Virus record (IMG/VR): IMGVR_UViG_3300043119_000318
Length of the DNA: 19,193 bases
Reading direction: 5' to 3' (one strand)
Source of the DNA: a virus
Lineage: Duplodnaviria; Heunggongvirae; Uroviricota; Caudoviricetes
In this document: piece after piece, positions 12,113 to 19,193 of the stretch
How the letters are laid out: each line of letters begins with the position of its first letter
Position numbering within the stretch: position 1 is the first letter of the stretch
Program-made: the position numbers and the translations under genes
Notes under the pieces: model-generated
Told to the model about the DNA's origin: nothing
The model's input: the letters and a program-made list of their open reading frames with translations, nothing else
The model's database searches: none

Positions 12113-12892
12113 TTAACAATTCCATTTACGTAATGCAAGTGCCTTTCGAGATGGTTCTCCGTTAGGCTTCTTCATCGGACCTTCAACACCAGACATTCTG
12201 GCACAGAAAGACTTGCGACGATTGGCTGCTTTGCTTCCAGCTTTTAGTTTTGATGGTGGAGTTGTGACAGGTGCCTTTAAATTCCCACCACTTTGGTTGT
12301 TATAATGATCGCGACCCTTTTGAGTCAAGCCACCAGTAGAACTCTTATAACCTTTAGCATCTACTGCAGCTTCATAAAGTTCTTCGTCGTCAAAATCTTC
12401 CCAAATTTCGTCAGAGTGGATATCATATTTAATTGATAGTTCTTCAACAAATTCTTCAATAATATCGAACTGCTCATCTAGTTCTTCTCTAGATTTTAAA
12501 TAGTCTCTGACTGAACTAATATAATCTTGCGCTAGCGTGATTTTAGATTGAACCCACTCAGGCATATTGTCATCATCAGACAACATGTCAATTAAATCTT
12601 TCGAATTGCGACAGATAGTTTGCAGCTGCGTTCTAGCCATTTGACCTTCGTAGTCATACTCGCCTTGGTCGATTGCTTTTGCAGCTTCTTCCAGCATGTT
12701 GAATGTGTATTCAAAAGATTCTTGAGATGCTTTAATCGCTGCAGAAGTTGGCGCACCTTTGCTTCCAGGTTTACGCATACGCTCACCAGATCCAGCTTTG
12801 ATTCGTTTACGTTTGGCATGGATGTTATCCCAGAGACCGCGTTCACCTTCTGAAACATTTTCTTCTTTAAGATATTGTGAAAATGATAGCAT
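12113..12892 (-). CDS. Conserved modular phage hypothetical protein (C-terminal DUF6321-like domain)
   Basis: GLWDNIHAKR N-terminal motif, LPEWVQ-like middle motif, RRKSFCARM...ALRKWNC C-terminal motif. Confidence 0.7.
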   Translation of the reverse strand: MLSFSQYLKEENVSEGERGLWDNIHAKRKRIKAGSGERMRKPGSKGAPTSAAIKASQESFEYTFNMLEEAAKAIDQGEYDYEGQMARTQLQTICRNSKDLIDMLSDDDNMPEWVQSKITLAQDYISSVRDYLKSREELDEQFDIIEEFVEELSIKYDIHSDEIWEDFDDEELYEAAVDAKGYKSSTGGLTQKGRDHYNNQSGGNLKAPVTTPPSKLKAGSKAANRRKSFCARMSGVEGPMKKPNGEPSRKALALRKWNC

Positions 12893-13317
12893 TATAGTTT
12901 TCCTTTTATATGAGACTTATGAATTCTGCAACTTATTTGCCCATTATAATATGTATCACTTTCAAGAACTCTGCGGGAAAATTGCTCTCTGGCTTCGACA
13001 TATGAGCATTCCGCTTTTGATTTGCAGAAAAATAGAATCTCTCGGGTGAAGTTTTCCTTCCCAAAAGATTCTACATCTTTATTTAGTTCAATACTTGACC
13101 CATAATACTCCATCCAATCAGAATCTATCTTAGATTTGATCTTCTTTTTCTTCTTGGTTCCATTCTTAAGAGTTACAGTTTTATATGTAGTCTTTGAAAA
13201 TTTGGAAAGTTTTTTACCTATATACATGCGACTATTCGTCAGATTCGTAATCATATATACGAATCCGACGCAGTCTTCAGGAAGAGTTTCAATTGTTTCA
13301 GTATTATAAGTCCACAT
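12892..13317 (-). CDS. Small GIY-YIG-domain nuclease
   Basis: GFVYMITN...MYIGKK and YYGSS motifs. Confidence 0.8.
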   Translation of the reverse strand: MWTYNTETIETLPEDCVGFVYMITNLTNSRMYIGKKLSKFSKTTYKTVTLKNGTKKKKKIKSKIDSDWMEYYGSSIELNKDVESFGKENFTREILFFCKSKAECSYVEAREQFSRRVLESDTYYNGQISCRIHKSHIKGKL

Positions 13318-13327
13318 AGTGAACTAT

Positions 13328-13477
13328 TTATTCTTCCTCGTCAAGCTCCTCTGGCTCATAGATATCGGCTGAACATACTGGACAATATACAACATCTGAT
13401 TGTTGTAGATCCTCGCCCTTTAGTGTAATTTTACCGCGAGCTTGGCACTGCTCGCATTCGAAGTGTCTTGTTACCAT
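13328..13477 (-). CDS. Zinc-ribbon protein, 49 aa (not in the ORF track)
   Basis: MVTRHFECEQC...YCPVC...EEE with two CxxC motifs; AAGGAA RBS. Confidence 0.8.
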   Translation of the reverse strand: MVTRHFECEQCQARGKITLKGEDLQQSDVVYCPVCSADIYEPEELDEEE

Positions 13478-13500
13478 ATGGTTCCTTTATTGAAATCTTC

Positions 13501-14487
13501 TTATTTAGCCCATACATCATCCCAAGAACCAGACAGAGCACCCTTTGCATAGTCTGTAACTCTGTTTTCAAAGAAATTTCCATGCACAGGTGCATTGATC
13601 ATTTCCTCAACCCATGGCAGTGGATTCTTTTTAACCTTGAAGATACCCTTCATACCAAGAGAAATAAGACGACGATCAGCAATGTAACGAATGTACTTCT
13701 TCACTTCTTCTGTAGTTAAATCTCGCATGTCTGATCCAGCGAATGAAAGGTCAATGAACTTATCTTCAAGCTCAACCATCTTCTCAGCGATAGTATAGAT
13801 TTTGCTCTTTAGACTATCGTTCCAGATCTCAGGATTTTCCTTGATGAATTCTTTGAAAAGACGAATCATGTTCTCAGCATGTTGAGTTTCATCAACAATG
13901 GACCAAGTAACGATCTGTCCCATACCCTTCATCAATCCATGACGAGGGAAGTTCAAAAGCATAATAAAGCTACTAAACAGTTGCATACCTTCGGTGAACG
14001 CTGAGAATACTGCAATATGTGTTGCAGTAGACTCAAGAGTTCCGTTTTTTGAACTGAGCTCAGTGACATAATCGTGCTTGTCTCTCATCTCTTGATACTC
14101 AAGAAACTGATTATAAGTTGACTCAGGAAGTCCAAGAGTCTCAATCAAGTGCGAGTAAGCAGCGATATGCAATGCTTCACGAGCAGCAAACCCAAGAAGC
14201 ATCATACGGATTTCTGGTTGAGGGAAATGTGGAAGATAGTTAGTCACGTATCCGCCAGCAACGTCAATGTCGCCTTGCGTGAAGAAACGGAAGATATTTG
14301 TTAAGAACTGTTGTTCCTCTTTAGTCAACTGTTTCTTCCACTGCTTAACGTCCTCAGCCATTGGAACTTCTGTATGAAGCCAGTGGGATTGTTCGTGCTT
14401 CAACCAAGCATCATATGCCCATGGATAGTTAAATGGTTTGAACGATGTACGTTCGTCTGTTAATCTACTTTTTATTTTTGCGATCAT
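13501..14487 (-). CDS. nrdB: Ribonucleotide reductase class Ia beta subunit
   Basis: FFTQGD, EALHIAAY, EGMQLFSSF, DETQH and NFFE motifs. Confidence 0.97.
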   Translation of the reverse strand: MIAKIKSRLTDERTSFKPFNYPWAYDAWLKHEQSHWLHTEVPMAEDVKQWKKQLTKEEQQFLTNIFRFFTQGDIDVAGGYVTNYLPHFPQPEIRMMLLGFAAREALHIAAYSHLIETLGLPESTYNQFLEYQEMRDKHDYVTELSSKNGTLESTATHIAVFSAFTEGMQLFSSFIMLLNFPRHGLMKGMGQIVTWSIVDETQHAENMIRLFKEFIKENPEIWNDSLKSKIYTIAEKMVELEDKFIDLSFAGSDMRDLTTEEVKKYIRYIADRRLISLGMKGIFKVKKNPLPWVEEMINAPVHGNFFENRVTDYAKGALSGSWDDVWAK

Positions 14488-14488
14488 A

Positions 14489-14788
14489 TTATGGACGACT
14501 TGGCCAGATGCCTGCTACACAAATAATTTGTCTTGGTAAACCAAGAGTAGCCCAATCAACTCTACGGTTATGACCAGTATCTGGTTGCCCATCTTTACCC
14601 ATTGGTCTTAGATCTGGCAAAGCGAATGTTGTCTTGCCATCGCCACCATATATGGTTCCAATAATAGCATACAATGCATTGTTACTGGCGATCGACATTA
14701 ATCTACCATCGCAGTCTTGATACCCAGTCGGTGCATAAGTTCCAGCAAAAGTGCAAATACTTCCAAGCATTTCGTTATCTACGCTCAT
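14489..14788 (-). CDS. Phage tail-collar domain protein
   Basis: GSICTFAG..AP.GY..CDG...LYAIIGT.YGGDG.TTFALPDLR motif. Confidence 0.9.
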   Translation of the reverse strand: MSVDNEMLGSICTFAGTYAPTGYQDCDGRLMSIASNNALYAIIGTIYGGDGKTTFALPDLRPMGKDGQPDTGHNRRVDWATLGLPRQIICVAGIWPSRP

Positions 14789-14831
14789 AATACCATTTCC
14801 TTTTCATTTGTTAACATAGGTTTCCTTAAAA

Positions 14832-15179
14832 TTATAATTTACATTTATCTGACATTAATGATTGTATCATTGCTAATGGAGCTTTTAATGCCAGTGTTAA
14901 AGTTGAATTGAAGTCGGTCTCTAACCATTCAGCTAATTTATACTTAGTCATAGCACCAACACGACGAGATCTCTCTTTTCCATTGTCATCTAAGATAACA
15001 AAACTAGGAAGACCACGAATGCCCATTCTTGAAGCAAATTCTGGTTGTTCATCTATATCAATTATTTCAAGTGTAAAGTTTTCTCGAACACCAGCATTTT
15101 CATCAAATAATTCATAAACAGCTGGTGCTGATCGATTGCATGGACCACACCACGAGGCTCTAAAAAATAAGAATTTCAT
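14832..15179 (-). CDS. Thioredoxin
   Basis: WCGPC active site, GIRGLPSF cis-Pro motif. Confidence 0.93.
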   Translation of the reverse strand: MKFLFFRASWCGPCNRSAPAVYELFDENAGVRENFTLEIIDIDEQPEFASRMGIRGLPSFVILDDNGKERSRRVGAMTKYKLAEWLETDFNSTLTLALKAPLAMIQSLMSDKCKL

Positions 15180-15181
15180 TT

Positions 15182-15295
15182 TTATCCTTTATTTGATACT
15201 AGCACTATCTTGCAAATATGTTCTAATCGTTCAACGTGTTCAAATGCACGCCATGGGCTAGTATCGACGGAAACAACCCCATGTCCTTTGATCCC
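15182..15295 (-). pseudogene. C-terminal remnant of a class II aldolase/adducin-like gene
   Basis: 37 codons GIKGHGVVSVDTSPWRAFEHVERLEHICKIVLVSNKG, preceded by an in-frame TGA and with no start codon. Confidence 0.65.
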
Positions 15296-15302
15296 TCACA
15301 TA

Positions 15303-17093
15303 TTAGCCTTGACAGGCTAAACATTCATCACCGCCGGCAAGTGCTTGTAGGTCGATTTCTTTAATAACTTCACGTTCAATACGCTTAGCGACCTTATCTG
15401 CCTTGGCGATCTTATCACTACGGCAGTAGTACATAGTCTTCAAACCTTGCTTCCATGCTTGAAAGTGAACAGCATGGATATATTTAATGTTACTGTCAGG
15501 GCGGAAGAATACGTTTAGAGACTGAGCTTGATCAATATAGTCTTGACGATCTGCAGCGTGTTGAATAACCCAACGCTGATCAATTTCCATGGAAGTCTTG
15601 AATACGTCACGTTCCCATTCAGTTAGAATTTCCAATTGTTGAACAGAACCATCGCTGGCAATAATGTTGGACCAAATGGATGCAAGCTCATCGTCAGAAA
15701 TACCTTTGCTACGGAGTAGCTGATCGAGGAACTTATTCTTATTTAATGAAGAGCCTGACAAAGTGTCTTGCCGATAAGCGTTAGCCCGATAAGGTTCAAT
15801 AGAAGGAGAGGTATTGCCCATAAGAATGGAAGAACTAGCATTGGGAGCAATTGCCATGAGATGGCTGAAACGATTGCCAGTGCCTTCAGCATCAGGCGCC
15901 TCACCTCTCTCAGTTCCAAGTGCTTTATTGGCTTCATCTAATTTCTTTCTGATACTTGAAAAGATTTGTTTATTTTTACCAGCTGCGATTGCAGATTCCC
16001 ATGGAAGGTTGTTCTTCTGTAGATATGCGTGCCAACCTAAAGCACCAACACCAATGCTGCGCTCGCGACTGGCAGAATACCTTGCACGCGAAATGCTATC
16101 AGGAGCGTTATCAATGAAATACTGCAACACATTATCAAGCATTTCAGCAATATCGCGGAGAAAGGTAGGATGATTCTTCCAGTCATCGTAGTATTCTAAA
16201 TTCACTGACGACAAACAACATACAGCTGTACGATCTTTATCGGTGGGAAGAATGATTTCTGAACACAGATTAGACTGGTGAACCTTTAAACCTTTATTCT
16301 TTAGCCACTGAGGAAGTTTACGATTAGACTCATCAATGAAGTGCAGATAAGGTTCTCCAGTTTGCATACGCATCTCAAGAATCTTCATCCAAAGTTCCTT
16401 GGCAGAAACTGTCTCACGAACTTCATGAGAAGCTGGATCAATTAAGTCCCAAGAATCATCAGCATCTGGATTCAACATGGCATTCTCAATCAACTGCATG
16501 AATGCGTCAGGAATATTAATGCCATGATGCAGATTCAGCGTGCGCATATTCTGGTCGCCAGTAGGCTTGCGCATATCCAAGAACTGAATAATATCAGGAT
16601 GAGAAATGTCCAAGTATGCAGCATAAGAACCACGACGAGTGCGCCCCTGACGATACGCCAACGAGGAAGCATCATACATCTTCAAGTGAGGCATAACTCC
16701 AGTAGACTTATCATCAGCTGAGCGAATGCCGAAGCCAATACCAACACCACCCCCCAACATCGATAGCCAGTTAGTTTCAGATAGATTGTTAACTAGACCT
16801 TCTGCAGTATCTTCAATGAAGTTAAGAAAACATGAAATAGGCAGACCACGCTTACTACGACCAAAAGAAAGAATGGGAGTAGAATAAGAGAGCCAATGAA
16901 GACTGGAGTATTCATATAGCCTCTGCGCGTGCTCTGGATTGCTCCCGAATTTTGATGATACATAAGCAAACCTTTCTTGAGGTGAAACCTCATCATCCTT
17001 CATGTAAGATTCTTTAAGTCGAGTCTTGCCTAGTTCATCAAATAGACTATCCCTTGAATAGTCTACCTTAATTCCATGAATTACTTCTTCCAT
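15303..17093 (-). CDS. nrdA: Ribonucleotide reductase class Ia alpha subunit (no ATP cone)
   Basis: PISCF, SNLCSEI, APNASSS and C-terminal CLAC motifs; start moved to MEEVIHG after a GGAG RBS. Confidence 0.97.
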   Translation of the reverse strand: MEEVIHGIKVDYSRDSLFDELGKTRLKESYMKDDEVSPQERFAYVSSKFGSNPEHAQRLYEYSSLHWLSYSTPILSFGRSKRGLPISCFLNFIEDTAEGLVNNLSETNWLSMLGGGVGIGFGIRSADDKSTGVMPHLKMYDASSLAYRQGRTRRGSYAAYLDISHPDIIQFLDMRKPTGDQNMRTLNLHHGINIPDAFMQLIENAMLNPDADDSWDLIDPASHEVRETVSAKELWMKILEMRMQTGEPYLHFIDESNRKLPQWLKNKGLKVHQSNLCSEIILPTDKDRTAVCCLSSVNLEYYDDWKNHPTFLRDIAEMLDNVLQYFIDNAPDSISRARYSASRERSIGVGALGWHAYLQKNNLPWESAIAAGKNKQIFSSIRKKLDEANKALGTERGEAPDAEGTGNRFSHLMAIAPNASSSILMGNTSPSIEPYRANAYRQDTLSGSSLNKNKFLDQLLRSKGISDDELASIWSNIIASDGSVQQLEILTEWERDVFKTSMEIDQRWVIQHAADRQDYIDQAQSLNVFFRPDSNIKYIHAVHFQAWKQGLKTMYYCRSDKIAKADKVAKRIEREVIKEIDLQALAGGDECLACQG

Positions 17094-17106
17094 TGTTTCT
17101 CCGTTC

Positions 17107-17790
17107 TTATTTTTGTACAATATCATTTGCCAAGGGAAATACCTCAGCGATAATTTTTGCGCATTCAAGCGCGATTTCTCTATGTTCTTTTTGTGTCTCA
17201 ACACCAGCGCGCAGTTCCATATAGTGAATCCAGCTACGCAGCGTGCCATTCATATACATCCGCGATACAGTTAAACCTTCTGGTAGAACTGCTCTCGCTT
17301 GTTCTTTTGCGATACCAGCTTCAACTGCCCAAGTATAATGCTCCTTAGCAAGTTCAATAACTTCTTGTTGTCGGCGCTTCCAATCTGCAACGAGAAACCG
17401 ATCATCTTCGGATGTCATATCCAGATCGATACTGTTTTGACGATTCTTAGTATCTTGCAGTCGAGCTTCACGCGTAACGAATGAAAGATCCTTGGTTGGA
17501 TCAGCATAACGTTGAGAGAATTCTTGAAAGGAAAAGCTGCGATGACGTAGAATCTGGCGAGCAATATCACGAGTGGTTTCGATTTCTAAACATGCAGACA
17601 CCATTTCTAGGGGTGACCAGTGCTGATGTTTGATCAGATACTTGATCAGTTTCTCAGAAGTTTCCATGTTAAACTGGTTGCTTGGGTTACTGACTCTGGC
17701 ACAAAACGCAATCAATTCCTGCACATCAGTTAAACCTTCATCGTACATCTCACGAGAAGGCTTACTATAACTAATAATTCTTACTTTCAT
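17107..17790 (-). CDS. thyX: Flavin-dependent thymidylate synthase
   Basis: HWSPLE and RQILRHRSFSFQEFSQRY motifs. Confidence 0.96.
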   Translation of the reverse strand: MKVRIISYSKPSREMYDEGLTDVQELIAFCARVSNPSNQFNMETSEKLIKYLIKHQHWSPLEMVSACLEIETTRDIARQILRHRSFSFQEFSQRYADPTKDLSFVTREARLQDTKNRQNSIDLDMTSEDDRFLVADWKRRQQEVIELAKEHYTWAVEAGIAKEQARAVLPEGLTVSRMYMNGTLRSWIHYMELRAGVETQKEHREIALECAKIIAEVFPLANDIVQK

Positions 17791-18812
17791 ACTTTACTCC
17801 ATTTCGTAAATTTCAATTGCGCTTCCATACCTGTGAAGGTATTCGTATTTATTAACTCTAAAATCTGTTCTTGAGTGCGCCCAGACAAGACCATATCATT
17901 TATGTCCTTCTCAACTACAGTATCTGGATACATACAAACACTATAACCGAGATCTATATATTTCTTCATCTGCTTAACGATATCCTTATTGCGCGGTTCG
18001 TTATCCATAACAATGGTGCAGTTGGTCATGATCTGTCGAACTGTGGGTGTATCAAAGCTAGAACCAGATACTGCAATACAGTTTGGTAGAAATAGAGAAT
18101 CGATCGGACCTTCGACCACATAGATATGTTTGCTGTAATCAATGCGGTCTAGACCAAAAATCTTTTCTTGAGTCTCATCAACCTTAATGATGTAATACTT
18201 AGGTTCCTCTGGACCATATGCTCTACCCTGAAAAGCAAAACACTTGCCAGCAGAAGTGAACAATGGGATGATCATTCTTGGATGATCATCAACGAAAGGT
18301 TCTCTGAATTTTGGAACTACAGAATTGGTATACTTCTTAAACTTCGGTGCAAAGTAAAGAAGATGCCACTTGTTCTTTGGAATTTTCCGCTTCAAAACCA
18401 ATTTAACTGCAGGATGATTCTCAGAGAGCAAATCTATGCGTGTGATGCTACTTAGGATGTCATCCTCAAGTAAATCTTTCGTGGGAGTTTGCGCAGGAAG
18501 AATTGCGCCTGCATTTTTGTGATCAGTGTACTTAGAAGCGCCACCTTTGTAACGATCTAGCACATATTCATTGTATAGATTAGGATCAACATACTTGATA
18601 AGATTACCAAGATTAGTAGAATAACTGCAGTTGTGGCACTTACACAGAAGTTCTGTGCTGCGACGAAATATGTATCCGCGTGCCTTTAGTTTATTCTTAG
18701 AACTATCGCCACAAACAGGACAAGAGTAGTTCCATAGATAATCAGCTTTCTGCTTGAAGTTCTTTAGACGGGAACCAAGGATCGCTGCAAATTTTGTATC
18801 AATGTATAGCAT
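17787..18812 (-). CDS. 61: DNA primase (T4 gp61-like)
   Basis: CPVCGDS..CHNC zinc finger; EGPIDSLF and DNEPRN TOPRIM motifs. Confidence 0.95.
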   Translation of the reverse strand: MLYIDTKFAAILGSRLKNFKQKADYLWNYSCPVCGDSSKNKLKARGYIFRRSTELLCKCHNCSYSTNLGNLIKYVDPNLYNEYVLDRYKGGASKYTDHKNAGAILPAQTPTKDLLEDDILSSITRIDLLSENHPAVKLVLKRKIPKNKWHLLYFAPKFKKYTNSVVPKFREPFVDDHPRMIIPLFTSAGKCFAFQGRAYGPEEPKYYIIKVDETQEKIFGLDRIDYSKHIYVVEGPIDSLFLPNCIAVSGSSFDTPTVRQIMTNCTIVMDNEPRNKDIVKQMKKYIDLGYSVCMYPDTVVEKDINDMVLSGRTQEQILELINTNTFTGMEAQLKFTKWSKV

Positions 18813-18834
18813 ACAACCTCACGTTAGAGCATTG

Positions 18835-18863
18835 ATTATACCCTAAAGTGAGGTTAAAAGCAA
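18835..18863 (-). promoter_or_regulatory. Promoter for the primase-thyX-nrd operon
   Basis: TTGCTT-17 nt-TATAAT; the upstream element TTTGCTTTTAA resembles a T4 MotA box. Confidence 0.7.
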
Positions 18864-18865
18864 AT

Positions 18866-19192
18866 TTATTTTACAATGTTTGCAAAGAACTCTAAGTGTC
18901 CGACTAAGTAACCCACAACGATGGCACCACCAACAATCATCCAACGCCACTTTTCAAGAGCATTGACGCGCCTAGAGATATCTCTGATATCTTTTTGAAT
19001 TTCTTTTTGAATTTCTTCGTGTTGATCTTTTGCTGATTTTGCCGATGAGCTTAGCTTTGCTTCGATTCTATTATCCATCTCACTGATCTTATCGATAATT
19101 TCACGATTGCCAGTAGTTATACGAGAGTGGACCTCTTTGACGTCTGCTTTAAGGTCTTTGACGTCTTCTTTGATACCTTCGACTTGTGCTTC
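18866..19192 (-). CDS. Coiled-coil protein with a C-terminal TM helix, 5'-truncated by the window edge
   Basis: The frame stays open to the window end (EAQVEGIKEDVKDLKADVKEV...); hydrophobic WMIVGGAIVVGYLVG tail. Confidence 0.75.
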   Translation of the reverse strand, partial: EAQVEGIKEDVKDLKADVKEVHSRITTGNREIIDKISEMDNRIEAKLSSSAKSAKDQHEEIQKEIQKDIRDISRRVNALEKWRWMIVGGAIVVGYLVGHLEFFANIVK

Positions 19193-19193
19193 C

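Noticed and set aside
17094-17249. 52-aa N-terminal extension of NrdA given by the ORF track
   Set aside because: It overlaps thyX; the GGAG RBS and ATG at 17093 give a typical start.
6376-18455. Plus-strand ORFs such as 6376-6897, 6845-7363, 9142-9768, 11682-12059 and 15814-16173
   Set aside because: Antisense shadows of well-supported minus-strand genes, with no promoters, RBS or recognisable domains.

Overview
Minus-strand segment of a T4-like (Tevenvirinae/Straboviridae-like) myophage genome; every gene I can support reads right to left. Right part (about 6.4-19.2 kb): replication and nucleotide-metabolism genes (gp61 primase, ThyX, class Ia NrdA/NrdB, thioredoxin, RNase H, dCMP deaminase), conserved hypotheticals, a tail-collar-domain protein and two small genes absent from the ORF track (a zinc ribbon and a 54-aa ArfA-like protein). 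Left part (1 to about 6.0 kb): an array of 26 tRNA genes or near-genes interleaved with three unrelated late-promoter-driven endonucleases, a frameshifted phosphoesterase, an acidic early protein and several non-tRNA structured elements. The most interesting signals are: (1) a candidate ribosome-dependent attenuator upstream of the array whose 41-codon leader uses all 20 amino acids; (2) a repeated tRNA-spacer RNA motif with covarying closing stems, one copy of which encloses a circularly permuted, anticodon-less tRNA; (3) a tRNA-Ile gene split by an endonuclease cassette that carries a replacement tRNA-Ile. All calls were read by eye; no searches or folding programs were run.
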